DNA of 62,048 nt, counting the filler, from Anaerolineae bacterium (GTDB lineage: Bacteria; Chloroflexota; Anaerolineae; Epilineales; Epilineaceae), in assembly GCA_029262755.1 (NCBI GenBank). It is 6 parts of 6 records of this genome, joined end to end, with 100 filler letters (N's around TTAATTAATTAA, not from the genome) between each part and the next. Parts side by side here need not be neighbours in the genome. Positions count along the whole stretch, not along the records: positions 23,323 to 36,459 come from JAJCYU010000298.1; positions 36,560 to 46,364 come from JAJCYU010000299.1; 4 more parts are not named here. One strand, written 5' to 3'. Made by a program: the position numbers and the translations under genes. Positions within the stretch are counted from its first letter, which is position 1, and each line of letters opens with the position of its first letter. The notes below the pieces were generated by a model. It did no database searches. It saw only the letters and a program-made list of their open reading frames with translations, and was not told the DNA's origin. Shown here one piece after another: positions 30,500-40,424 of this stretch.

Positions 30500-31168
30500 A
30501 TGAGCTTGGCCGGTATGCGCGACCCCTACGACCAGGGGTCGTTGCGGCGCTCCGATCTGGACGCCGATCCGTTCGCGCAGTTCGACGCGTGGATGGATGT
30601 GCACGTCGGGGCACGCGAGGCATACCCCGGCGAACCCAACGCCATGGCGCTGGCCACGGTGGACCCGGACGGCCGGCCGGCCGCCCGCATGGTCTTGCTG
30701 AAAGGCGTAAGCGAGGCCGGCTTCACATGGTTCACGCGATACTCCAGCCGCAAGGGCGTCGCGCTTGCTTCGGACGGCCGCGCCGCGCTCCTGTTCTACT
30801 GGCCGGAGGCACAGCGACAGGTACGTGTGGAAGGCGCGGTCGCGATGCTCTCCGAAGCCGAATCGGATGCCTACTTCGCCTCGCGACCCCACGGCAGCCG
30901 CTTGGCCGCCGTCGCCTCGCCGCAGAGCACGATCGTGCCCGATCGCGAGGCGCTTGAAGTTCGTGTCGCGCGTCTGTCGTGCGCGCATCCGGATGGCGGA
31001 CCGATTCCCCGTCCTCCCGATTGGGGCGGATATCGGCTTGCGCCCAACCATTTCGAGTTCTGGCAAGGCCGCCGCAATCGCCTGCACGATCGCTTCCGAT
31101 ACGTGCTCGAGCTCCACGACGGCGACCCGGCGGCGCGGCAATGGACGATCGAGCGACTTGCACCGTAG
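30500..31168 (+). CDS. pdxH: Pyridoxine/pyridoxamine 5'-phosphate oxidase
   Basis: EPNAMALAT, ARMVLLK, SRKG, RQVRVEG, YFASRP, WGGY, EFWQGRRNRLHDR and ERLAP. Confidence 0.95.
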   Translation: MSLAGMRDPYDQGSLRRSDLDADPFAQFDAWMDVHVGAREAYPGEPNAMALATVDPDGRPAARMVLLKGVSEAGFTWFTRYSSRKGVALASDGRAALLFYWPEAQRQVRVEGAVAMLSEAESDAYFASRPHGSRLAAVASPQSTIVPDREALEVRVARLSCAHPDGGPIPRPPDWGGYRLAPNHFEFWQGRRNRLHDRFRYVLELHDGDPAARQWTIERLAP

Positions 31169-31276
31169 GCGAGACCGGTGCGCCAAACACGCTGCATCGG
31201 CTTCGCGCTCTCGGCGCGCACGCCTAGAATCCGGTCGCTGCTGCCCGAGCCCGCATCGTGAGGAGCACCTCAGCCT

Positions 31277-32758
31277 ATGAACCGCGAATTTGGTCGGCGA
31301 TCAGCGCGGCTCGCGGCCGTCGGCGCGCTGGTTGCGACCGGTCTCGCCTCGGCCCACACGCAGCGCGAACGCAGTCCCGTTGCCACCGCACAGGTCGGTC
31401 GGGAACGGATCGTCTTCATCGCCGGCGCCTTCAACCATGATCTCTACGCGCTTGCCCCCGGCGAGCCGGATACGACGCAGCAGTTGAGCAATACCGCCGG
31501 CGTCTCGGAGGCTGACCCGGATTGGGCTCCGGACGGCGAAACCCTGGCCTTTGTCGCCCCCCGCGGCGACGGTCCCGTCGAGGCCCAAGCGGCCGTTTGG
31601 CTGCGCGATCCGGAAGGCGCAGCGCGCGCGCTTAGCTTCGGCCCTCTCGACAGCGCGCCCGACTGGCATCCGGACGGCCGGCGCCTGATCTTCGGCAGCG
31701 TGCTGGATCCCGGCCTTTCCACCCAGACCTCCGTCCTGCTGGTAGCGGGCCTAGCCGACGGGCTCAACCAACAGCCTTTGCTCGCGCCACTGCAGCGCGC
31801 CGCCACGCAATTGAAATCGCCGGCTTGGTCGCCCGACGGCACCCGGGTGGCCTTCGTTGTCGCCACGGATTCGGGGGCGGGCAACGTCAATCGGGGTGGC
31901 GAGATCTACATCGCCGGCGAGGATGGTCGTGGCGCCGGCATCCTGTTCGCCCATCCCGGCTGGGACGATATCGAGCCGGCGTGGTCACCGGACGGTCGAT
32001 TCCTGGCCTTCGCGTCCGGCCATCTCGGCGCCGGCGCCGGCCTGCGCCACGGTTTGTGGCTGCTCGACCTGACCCGCGGCGCCTTCGGTGAGGTGCTGGC
32101 CGACGACCGGCTCGATTTGCGGCATCCCACGTGGTCGCCGGACGGTCAGCGGCTCGCCTTTGAGGCGCGCGAGCTCGGCGCCACGATCGGCGCGTTGCAC
32201 ATCACCCCGCTGCGCGATGCGCGTCTGGGCGACGCGCTGGCCGCGGGCGGCGCGCCCGACTGGACGGCCGGCGGCACGAGCCTGCCCACGGCCTCTGCGC
32301 CGCCGCCGACACCGACCGACGGCCCGAGCCCCACGCCGAGCGACGGCCCCGCCCCCACGCTGACGCCGCCAGGTGGCGGACCACCGGGCGTGCCGACCGT
32401 GCCGCCCCTTGCGCCGTTCCCTACGCTACCGCCCGCGGTGCCGACCTTGGGGCCCGACGCCCCGGCCTTCCCCTTCGCCACCGCGACCCCGACGCCAGGG
32501 CCGACGTGGACCCCCACCCCGCGCGTCAGCCCTACGAACAGCCCGACCCTATCCGATAACGCCGTTCTGCTGCCCTATCTGGCGCAAGGCGCTGTGTTAC
32601 GGCCCGCGCCGACAAGCATCCCGCCGCCCACCGTGGAGGCTACACCTGCGGACGATGCTACGCCGGCGGTGGGAGCCACGCCGACGAACGAGGCGACTCC
32701 GACGGATACCATGACACCGGTGGTTCGAGGAATGCCGTCACGGAGCACCGTGCGTTGA
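31277..32758 (+). CDS. Secreted TolB-like PD40 beta-propeller protein with Pro/Thr-rich tail
   Basis: Signal peptide. Repeats PDWAPDG, PDWHPDG, PAWSPDG x2 and PTWSPDG. PT-rich region containing VLLPYL. Confidence 0.85.
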   Translation: MNREFGRRSARLAAVGALVATGLASAHTQRERSPVATAQVGRERIVFIAGAFNHDLYALAPGEPDTTQQLSNTAGVSEADPDWAPDGETLAFVAPRGDGPVEAQAAVWLRDPEGAARALSFGPLDSAPDWHPDGRRLIFGSVLDPGLSTQTSVLLVAGLADGLNQQPLLAPLQRAATQLKSPAWSPDGTRVAFVVATDSGAGNVNRGGEIYIAGEDGRGAGILFAHPGWDDIEPAWSPDGRFLAFASGHLGAGAGLRHGLWLLDLTRGAFGEVLADDRLDLRHPTWSPDGQRLAFEARELGATIGALHITPLRDARLGDALAAGGAPDWTAGGTSLPTASAPPPTPTDGPSPTPSDGPAPTLTPPGGGPPGVPTVPPLAPFPTLPPAVPTLGPDAPAFPFATATPTPGPTWTPTPRVSPTNSPTLSDNAVLLPYLAQGAVLRPAPTSIPPPTVEATPADDATPAVGATPTNEATPTDTMTPVVRGMPSRSTVR

Positions 32759-33444
32759 ACGCGGCCATGCCTCTCGATTCGTCCACGACAGGCGCTTGGA
32801 TCGATATCACCCGTCCCATCGTCGACGGCATGGCGACGTGGCCGGGCGACCCGCCGGTGCGCATCCGTCGCGCCGCGCGCATCGAGGACGGCGGCGGCTT
32901 TCAGGTGAGCACCCTCGCTACGAGCGTGCACCTGGGCACGCATGTCGATGCGCCGGCGCACGTGCTACCCGGCGGCGCGGGTGTCGAGCACCTGTCACTG
33001 GATGCCTTGATCGGGCCATCCGTCGTCACGGACGTGTTCGCGGATCCGCACGTGGATGCGCCCGCGTTGCGATCGACGGTCGAATTCGGCGCGCAGCGCG
33101 TCCTCCTTCGTACGCGCAACAGCGCGATCCACGCGGGCGAGGAAGCGGCATCCATGGACGCAGATCCGCAACCGTTCCGTACCGATTTCGCCGCGCTTAC
33201 ACCACAAGCAGCCCGCCATCTCGTTGAGCGTGGGGTGCGGCTGGTGGGTATCGATGGCCCCTCCATCGCACCGTGGGACGACCTGGAACCCGTACATCGC
33301 ATTCTGTTGTCAGCGGGCGTGATCGTGTTGGAAGGCATACTCCTCTCGCACGTATTGGCGGGGCGCTATGATCTCGTCTGCCTGCCCCTACAACTGAACG
33401 GGTGCGACGGCGCCCCCGCACGCGCGCTCCTGCGCCCTCGCTAG
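32755..33444 (+). CDS. Cyclase-family metal-dependent hydrolase (kynurenine formamidase-like)
   Basis: WPGDP, HLGTHVDAPAH, LVGIDGPSI, VHRILL and DGAPARALL. Confidence 0.9.
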   Translation: MNAAMPLDSSTTGAWIDITRPIVDGMATWPGDPPVRIRRAARIEDGGGFQVSTLATSVHLGTHVDAPAHVLPGGAGVEHLSLDALIGPSVVTDVFADPHVDAPALRSTVEFGAQRVLLRTRNSAIHAGEEAASMDADPQPFRTDFAALTPQAARHLVERGVRLVGIDGPSIAPWDDLEPVHRILLSAGVIVLEGILLSHVLAGRYDLVCLPLQLNGCDGAPARALLRPR

Positions 33445-33695
33445 CCTCCGGTCACGCTGAACCGCGGCGTCACGTTATAGGAAGCGTTGAATGGCGGCCG
33501 CCAGCCCTCCTGATTGGCCGCGGCCGCGCGCGATCTCCTCAAGGGCGCATCCGCCGTCCCGCCCCACTTTTGCTCAGCAATAGCGCCGCTTTTTCATCAT
33601 CCAAGCAAGCCAAGACAACGGCGCTGATTCCCCCGGTTGGCGATCCTGTTCCCAATCGAGCCCTTATCCCACCTTCCGCCTTGTGAGCCCCGCTG

Positions 33696-36149
33696 ATGAT
33701 CCCTGATCCTCGATTCCCCGAGCGCGCCCCAACACCTGCGCGCCGTTTCTCTTTCCCGGTGCGTCCTCCGCGTCTCGGCCGCGTGCGCATCGCTTCATGG
33801 ACGGCGCTCGCGTTCCTGGCCGCCTTGGCGTGGCCTGCCGCGCCCGCGCCGGCCGCTCCCGTGCCCGGTTATCGGCTCGCGACGACCTGGCCCGCCGCGG
33901 CCCACGGCCTCGGCAACGCGTCCGCGATCGCGTCGGATCCTTCGGGCGGCATCTGGTTGCTCGACGGCCCCGCCGGCGCCGTGGTCGCGATGACGGACGA
34001 CGGCGCGGTGCGCGAGCAGCGCAGCGTGCCCGACGATGCCTTGGATCTTGCAATCGATGCGGACGGCGATCTGTACTTCGGACGCTACGATCCGCTGCCG
34101 CCCCGCGGGCAAGCCGTGTACAACGCGAGCCGCGTTGCGCCCGACGGCAGCATCGTCTGGAACCGGCGCTGTGAGTGCGGCACGGGCAGCGGCGTTGCCT
34201 GGACGCCCGGTCGGGTCTGGTTGACCGAAAAAGGCGGCGGGATGACGTGGTTGGGCGACCGGGATGGCCGCGTCACCGGCGACCTGACGGAGAAACGCGC
34301 TGCAGAGCGCTTCCCGGCCGATATGGACGCGGGTCCGGACGGCACGCTCTTCGCCACCGATATCGTCGGTGGCCAGGTCTGGTCCTGGCCGCCGCCCTAC
34401 CTGCCCGGCCGCGCCCAGGCGTGGAGCATGCTCGAGGCGAGCGGCCCGTTCCGCGTGGGCGTAGGCACGCAGGCCGACGGGGAGACCGTGGTAGCCGTGC
34501 TCTTCGGCGAGGGCCTCGTGCGGGCGCACCGACCGGACGGTAGCCTTTTGGCGCGCTTCCATGTGCCGGGCGAGCCGGCCGATATCGCGGTCGGCACGGA
34601 TGCGCGCATTCACGTGCTGGACCGGGCAAGCGGCGATGTTCGCGTCTACGCCGTCGGACCGCCGGCGACCCCGACCCCGCCGCCGCCGGACCCGCCGCGC
34701 GTGCGAGGCTCCTGCGAGCTGGTGGGCACCCGCACGGTTGCGGCCGCCAAAGCGGATCGCTGCGGCGAGGCCGTCGTGACGCTGACGCTCTCGGCCTCCT
34801 GCCCGCCCGATGCCGTGGTGGGCGCGGAAGTGGCGCTGCTGATCGACCGCTCCCTGTCGATGAGCAAGGGCGATCAAATGGGCGCGGCGCGCGACGCCGC
34901 GACGCGCTTCCTCGGGGGCCTCGATATGCGCTTCCATCGCGCTTCGGTCGTGGCCTTCAGCAGCGACGCGGTCCTACTGCATCCGCTGAGCAATGATCCC
35001 GCGTCGATCCAAACGACCGTCGACGGCCTCCGCGCATCCGGTAGCGGCACGCACATCGAGGCCGCGATCCTGACCGCGATGGCCCACCTGCGCACCGAAG
35101 GGCGGCCCAACGCATTGCCCGTGCTGATCTTGCTCACCGACGGGGATCCGACCGCACCGTCCGCACCCGAACCGGACGTCGCCGCACTCGCCGCGGCGGA
35201 GCTGGCCCGCGCGGGACGCGCGTACATCGTCACCATCGGCCTGGGACGCTTCATCGACTCGCGTCTGCTCGAGGCCATGGCCAGCACTCCCCAAGACTTC
35301 TACTACTCCCCGAACGCCGTCGACTTGGACCGCATCTACGACACGATCCTGGACGTGGTCCGTTCGATCGGCATCACCGACCTTGTGATTCGCGACCGTC
35401 CCGCGGCGCCCGCCTTCCGCCTGGTCCCGGGAAGCTCCGATCCGCCGGCCCTCGTGGTCGACGACGGCTGGCAGTGGACGCGGCCCGTGCTGCCGGTCGA
35501 CGGTCTGGTGCTCAGCCATACGATCAAGGCGCTCTTGCCCGGAACGCAGGGAATCGGCCCCGCGGAAGTCCGGTACGTGGACGCGGACGGCACGCGCCGC
35601 GGCTGGTCCTTCCCCGCACCGTCGCTCGACGTGCAGCTTCCGGCCGCTCCGCCCCCGGGCGACGGAACTCCGTCCGCGCCCGCGACCCCACCGCTGCCAC
35701 CGCCGCCGCCCCCCGCCGCCTGCCCTCCGGACGCCGATTGGCGCGTGGCGCTCTCGGTCTATCCCGACGTGACGGGCTTCGGCCCCTACGCCTGTCCGGG
35801 CTGTAGCGGCGGCTTCCGGGCGGGCGACCATTGGGAACGCCCTTCGTGGCGAAGTCCTGCCACCATCGTGGTGCGCAACAGCGCCGGCAAGGTCCTTTGG
35901 CTCGGTCCCGTCGGTGCAACCCCGCGCGGCCCGAGCTACGTGCTTGCGCGACTGTGCGAGCCGCCGCCGTATAGGATCACGATGGAACGGCTGCCGGAAG
36001 GGTACGTGAGTTGTCCCAACAGCCCTCCGCTTCGGGAGTTGAACGCAAACGACTTCCAGCGCGGCTACAGCGGCGTTGGCTTCGCGCTTTGGCACGGCTG
36101 CGGACGTCCCACACCAACGCCGGTGCCTATGCTTCCGCCATGCCCCTGA
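33696..36149 (+). CDS. Secreted NHL-like beta-propeller + VWA + Cys-rich C-terminal domain protein
   Basis: Signal peptide. Propeller blades (AIASDPSGGIWLLD, DLAIDADGDLY, DIAVGTDARIHVLD). VWA motifs LLIDRSLSM, VVAFS, ILLTDG and VTIGLG. C-terminal CPGC-containing domain. Confidence 0.85.
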   Translation: MIPDPRFPERAPTPARRFSFPVRPPRLGRVRIASWTALAFLAALAWPAAPAPAAPVPGYRLATTWPAAAHGLGNASAIASDPSGGIWLLDGPAGAVVAMTDDGAVREQRSVPDDALDLAIDADGDLYFGRYDPLPPRGQAVYNASRVAPDGSIVWNRRCECGTGSGVAWTPGRVWLTEKGGGMTWLGDRDGRVTGDLTEKRAAERFPADMDAGPDGTLFATDIVGGQVWSWPPPYLPGRAQAWSMLEASGPFRVGVGTQADGETVVAVLFGEGLVRAHRPDGSLLARFHVPGEPADIAVGTDARIHVLDRASGDVRVYAVGPPATPTPPPPDPPRVRGSCELVGTRTVAAAKADRCGEAVVTLTLSASCPPDAVVGAEVALLIDRSLSMSKGDQMGAARDAATRFLGGLDMRFHRASVVAFSSDAVLLHPLSNDPASIQTTVDGLRASGSGTHIEAAILTAMAHLRTEGRPNALPVLILLTDGDPTAPSAPEPDVAALAAAELARAGRAYIVTIGLGRFIDSRLLEAMASTPQDFYYSPNAVDLDRIYDTILDVVRSIGITDLVIRDRPAAPAFRLVPGSSDPPALVVDDGWQWTRPVLPVDGLVLSHTIKALLPGTQGIGPAEVRYVDADGTRRGWSFPAPSLDVQLPAAPPPGDGTPSAPATPPLPPPPPPAACPPDADWRVALSVYPDVTGFGPYACPGCSGGFRAGDHWERPSWRSPATIVVRNSAGKVLWLGPVGATPRGPSYVLARLCEPPPYRITMERLPEGYVSCPNSPPLRELNANDFQRGYSGVGFALWHGCGRPTPTPVPMLPPCP

Positions 36150-36271
36150 TTCTCAGATAGCAGTCGAAGCCACCTCGTGTTCCCAACCATGGAAACCGAC
36201 CGCATATCACCATGCGGTGGCGAGGCGCCCGCCAACCGGCCGGCCCGCGCACCTGCCCCTGGAGGCCGAGC

Positions 36272-36459
36272 ATGACCGCACCCGATTCCGCAGCGTACGT
36301 CGATGGGATCTTCCGCTCCCGGCGCCCAGGCCGATCTCGGGTCCCCCTCGCGCTCGCGACCGGCCTCATCACGCTGCTCGTCCTCGCCGGCGGCACACCG
36401 GGTGACGCGCGGGCCCAGGAGACGGGACCGCCGCTGACGGAGTCGTGGCGCCTTAGCGC
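36272..36459 (+). CDS. N-terminus of a secreted protein, 3'-truncated
   Basis: GGAGG then ATG. Basic residues, then hydrophobic LALATGLITLLVLAGG...ARA. Open into the linker. Confidence 0.55.
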
Positions 36460-36559
36460 NNNNNNNNNNNNNNNNNNNNNNNNNNNNNNNNNNNNNNNNN
36501 NNNTTAATTAATTAANNNNNNNNNNNNNNNNNNNNNNNNNNNNNNNNNNNNNNNNNNNN
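36460..36559. other. Artificial contig linker
   Basis: N-run, TTAATTAATTAA, N-run. Confidence 0.99.
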
Positions 36560-36645
36560 CGGAGCGCTGTCAGGAGGAGAAGGAGGGCGAGCAGCAACGT
36601 TCGGGGCGCGGATCCCGGTAACCGCGCTCGGATCTTCGTGCCCAT
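36560..36645 (-). CDS. N-terminus (signal peptide) of a secreted protein, truncated by the contig edge
   Basis: MGTKIRARLPGSAPRTLLLALLLLLTAL, open into the linker. Confidence 0.45.
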
Positions 36646-37101
36646 CGAGTCCAGGTTGCGCACGCCAGGGTCCTTGAGATCGTGCACCGACCACGGTCGA
36701 CGCTTGAAGGAGCCTACTGCCGATACAACACCTACTTCACGCGCTCCGGACTCCGCCCCGCCCAACAGTCATTGGGACACCACGGCTCGCCAGGCACTGG
36801 CTATGGAGACGGTGCGGTCTTCATCTCGCCCACTTCAACGCTGACCGTGTTCATCCTCGGGCACACGGAACGGGGCACTGTTACCAGGAATACCGCTCGT
36901 TTTGGGGGATTCCCGATCTGAAGGGGCCGGATTCGGCCAACACGCTGTCACCGGTCCAAGCAGTCGACGCGCCCCAACTCGCAACAAAAGGCCGGGTGCT
37001 GAACGCCAGGCTCGCCACGACATTCTCTGCCGCCGGCCCGAGCGTGTCTCCGCTCGCCGCAGGCCTCGAGACGTAGCCGCGGGGATCGACAATCGCCAGA
37101 A

Positions 37102-39279
37102 TCAGCCGCCATCCACCCTCGGCAGAAACACGTCGGGCGACATCACCGGCGTGGCATCCCTGGTCGCTTGTGGCAGCGGCGTCGCGGTCTTTGTCGGGGT
37201 TGGCGAATTGGCCGGCGTCGGGGCGGGGGGCGTCGGGGCCGGGGGCGTGGGTGACGGCCGGGCGCTAACCACATAGCGCTGCAGCGCGCCTTCCACGGTG
37301 ATCCAGGCGCCCGAGGCGTCCACGGAGAGGTCCGACGGTGGTCCGCCGAGCACGACGTTGTCGACGAAGAGGGCCTCGTCCGATTGCGACAGCTGGAAGA
37401 GAGACAGCCCTCCGGACGGGCCCTTGCCGCGGCTCGAGTTTGCTTGGGAGCCATAGGCCACCCACATCCGGTCGTCGGATACCGCCGCTTGGATCACAGT
37501 GTCCGGCACCTCGAGCCGTGCGACTTCGACCGGTCGCTCTAGGTCCGCCACGCTCAGCAAGGATACCGTCCGTCCACGGGCGATGAACAGCCGAGGCCCA
37601 ACGGCGTCGAGCAGCCCGAACGGCGTGCCAGTCAAGCGGACGCCATCGTGCGCCGGCTGGGTGATGCGCCGCCCCTCGCTGTGCCAGGCCCGAAGCATGG
37701 ACGGTGCACCGGGCGGATTGGACATTACCCAGACGTGCGGCCCGACGATCGCCGCGCCCGCGAAGTTCTGACGGCCGGGCGCAACGTTCATTCGGGGCCG
37801 GCTGCTCTCCAGCCCGGGCGTTGGGCCACGCATGACCAATACATGGCCGCCGGGAGACTGCGATTGATTCACGCGGTAGAGTACGCGTTCCTCCGAGGCC
37901 GACACCATCGCGGTCCAGTCGTGGGTGAGCGGATGTGCGTCGTGGCGCGCGGTCTCGCTCAGCAGGCCGGCGTCGTCCGAGTTGTAGTCCGTCACGGCCC
38001 ACTCCCCCGCAACATGTAATCGGTCGCCGGTTGCCCGCAACATATTGGGTGGCCTGCCTTCGAGGCCGGTCACCCCGGTGGGCCGTTGGTGGATGCCCCG
38101 ACCCGATTCCGCGGGCGTCACGTGCACGATGGACAGGTTGCTGAGATACTGTCCATGGGTAGCCCAAACGCCTTCCGGCGCCGGCTCCACATCCCAGAGT
38201 AGGCCGGCACCCACGTCCGGCGCCGGCCCGTCGTATCCCTCAGGGCCAGCCCAGAACAGGTCGGTGCCGCCTGAGAGCAGCCGATCCGCCGAGGCCACTG
38301 CTGTCGTTCGGGACATATTGTGCGGCATATTGAATCGTTGCAGTGAATACCATTCGTCCTTGGGGATCATCACCTGCCACGTCGATTCGTCGAGGCTGAT
38401 CCACAACCGATCGCCGCCGGACACCAGCCGCTGCACCACGCCAGGCACGCCCACCTGTGGGATTGTGAGCCGCCCGACTTTCACCGGGCTAGCCCCGGGT
38501 GGCGTATCGTAGAAGTCGAGCCACCTGCGAGACCCTCTGGCCAGCGCCAGGTGATTGCCGACCGCCGCCACCTCCGCCGCACAGCACTCGACTTGCAGCG
38601 CGCCTTCAACGATCGGCAGGCCACTGTGGACGGCGCGCGCCACCACCAGCATGGCCATCTGAATGCGGCCACCCGAATCCAACATCCACAACACAAGCGC
38701 CGCACGATCGTTCGGCAACTGCACAATGGAATCGACAAAGGTCTCGCTATCGGGAAACTCTGTGAAGATGTCGGGCTTCCAGCGGCCCAACAGTTGGGGT
38801 TGGGAGGGATTGTCCACCGACACGCGCAAGATGCCGCCGAGCCGGTGGTCGACCCAGACTTCTTCGCCCACCCAGCGCACGTCGCCGCCGGACGTGGCGC
38901 CCATCGAGACGCGCCCCAGCTCACGAATCGCGTCGGGCGTTCGCACATCCAGCACCCGCAAGTCAGCACCCGTGGTGACCGCCAGACCATTCCGCACTGC
39001 CAGGCCGTCGATGCGCGCCCCCGATGCCGGGGACGTACCGAGCGGGGCGGAACCTTCGGGAGCGCCGGCCTCCAAGACCACGATGCGAGAGTGGACGGCG
39101 AGATAGAAGCGCCCGTCCGACTCGGCTGCGGCCGTGATGGCTCCGCCGGTCTCGCCTGCGAAGTGCAGGGTATCGGAAGGGTCGGCCGCCGCTGCCGCCG
39201 CGCGGCCCGCTCCCGAATCGCCAGCGGTGGCAGCGGCGATGATGGCCACCACGAGGAGCAGCACGAAGGCTGACGACAT
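37102..39279 (-). CDS. Secreted LVIVD-like beta-propeller protein with PT linker and C-terminal VFLP motif (paralogue of 42208-44505)
   Basis: Signal peptide MSSAFVLLLVVAIIAAATA. Blades LRVLDVRTPDAIRELG, LRVSVDNPSQPQLLG and LLSVADLERPVEVA. Ends DVFLPRVDGG. Confidence 0.8.
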   Translation of the reverse strand: MSSAFVLLLVVAIIAAATAGDSGAGRAAAAAADPSDTLHFAGETGGAITAAAESDGRFYLAVHSRIVVLEAGAPEGSAPLGTSPASGARIDGLAVRNGLAVTTGADLRVLDVRTPDAIRELGRVSMGATSGGDVRWVGEEVWVDHRLGGILRVSVDNPSQPQLLGRWKPDIFTEFPDSETFVDSIVQLPNDRAALVLWMLDSGGRIQMAMLVVARAVHSGLPIVEGALQVECCAAEVAAVGNHLALARGSRRWLDFYDTPPGASPVKVGRLTIPQVGVPGVVQRLVSGGDRLWISLDESTWQVMIPKDEWYSLQRFNMPHNMSRTTAVASADRLLSGGTDLFWAGPEGYDGPAPDVGAGLLWDVEPAPEGVWATHGQYLSNLSIVHVTPAESGRGIHQRPTGVTGLEGRPPNMLRATGDRLHVAGEWAVTDYNSDDAGLLSETARHDAHPLTHDWTAMVSASEERVLYRVNQSQSPGGHVLVMRGPTPGLESSRPRMNVAPGRQNFAGAAIVGPHVWVMSNPPGAPSMLRAWHSEGRRITQPAHDGVRLTGTPFGLLDAVGPRLFIARGRTVSLLSVADLERPVEVARLEVPDTVIQAAVSDDRMWVAYGSQANSSRGKGPSGGLSLFQLSQSDEALFVDNVVLGGPPSDLSVDASGAWITVEGALQRYVVSARPSPTPPAPTPPAPTPANSPTPTKTATPLPQATRDATPVMSPDVFLPRVDGG

Positions 39280-39792
39280 TCCCCTGCTTGCCCACTCAAG
39301 GAGTGCGTCGCCGCCTTCGTCTCGTAACATCGATTGCCTCGTCCGGATGGGGTTGCGCAGACAGTGGGGGGCAGTAGTGCTACAGGGTCTACAACTACCA
39401 AGCCCGTGTCCGAAGGACATCCGAGGTCCCCGATTCTCGCTCCACGACCGCAAAGGGGCAGGAACTTCGACGTCGGGTCCGGCCCGCCCACATCGGCAGC
39501 GGGCATAGGCCGTCGGCCCAAGCGTACGGAACACCCGCTGCGACGCCATTGCTCATTCGATCCGTGACACTCTCGGCCATGCGTCCGCCGACGCGGTCCG
39601 GTTGCCCGGCAAAACAGCGCAAGACACCATCCACGCTAGCGGCATCCGTTCCCGACCAGCGCACGGTCTTGCACTACCCACGGCAACGCGAGACGTCGGC
39701 CCTCGCGCCAAGCGCGCGGGTACGGCGTCGGGCGCGGACCGGCGGGTGGCGTGACGGGGCCCTGGACGCCGATCTCGGTGCCGATCAGCCGG

Positions 39793-40129
39793 GAAGTGAT
39801 GCGGATGTTCTGGACGCCGCGGCGGGGCAGGTCCGTCAACACGCTCAGGTAGAAGTTCGAGCCCTCGCCACCGTCACCGACCCAGTGGCCAAGGCGTGGC
39901 GCTTGCCGTCCAGATCGACGGCGAAGACGTTGAAGAAGGCCGTGTTCTGGATCTTTCCCTCGCGCCGGATCTTGAGGTGGTTGCGACGATTGTGGGTAGT
40001 TGCTGGCGACGCTTGACTGTGGGGCCAGTCCGGTTGAAGACAAAGCAGTACATCGAGTGGACGGCCATTGCCTGTTCCGGCCCGAAGGCTCGGGCCAAAG
40101 CTCGCGGGATCCTCAAGGTCGAGCATCAC
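39793..40129 (-). mobile_element. Degenerate IS256-family transposase fragment
   Basis: Pieces across two frames read GRPLDV..., LKIRREGKIQNTAFFNVFAVDLDGKRHAL and GHWVGDGGEGSNFYLSVLTDLPRRGVQNI. These match the IS256 pattern WQ.RPLD / KIR..G.V.N.A....GI...G.KEVLG.W....EGAKFW..VLTDLKNRGV.DI, but are frameshifted and truncated. Confidence 0.8.
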
Positions 40130-40424
40130 CCGTGACTACGAGCCCGGGGAATAACAACCTACGCGCGCGATTCCGCTATGGGGAGACCTGGCACACGCTG
40201 AGCTACGGAACGCACTCGGAATCGGCGAACGGTTGATAGAACGAATCCTCAACGCCTGCCCATCACTCCAATTCCGAAGCCGCGATGCATTCGAATCTCT
40301 CTCGGCGGTCGTCGATGCTGACTCTCGTGGCTCAGAGACTTCGTCGAAACTGCCCTCACGTCCAGTCCGCTGAACAGGTGCCGCTGAGCAGTACCACAAA
40401 TTGGGAGATGTTGGCCGTACAGGA

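Noticed and set aside
36120..36149. PMLPPCP as another copy of the C-terminal xLP motif
   Set aside because: It lacks the preceding aliphatic-aromatic pair and sits in Pro-rich sequence, so it is too weak to count.
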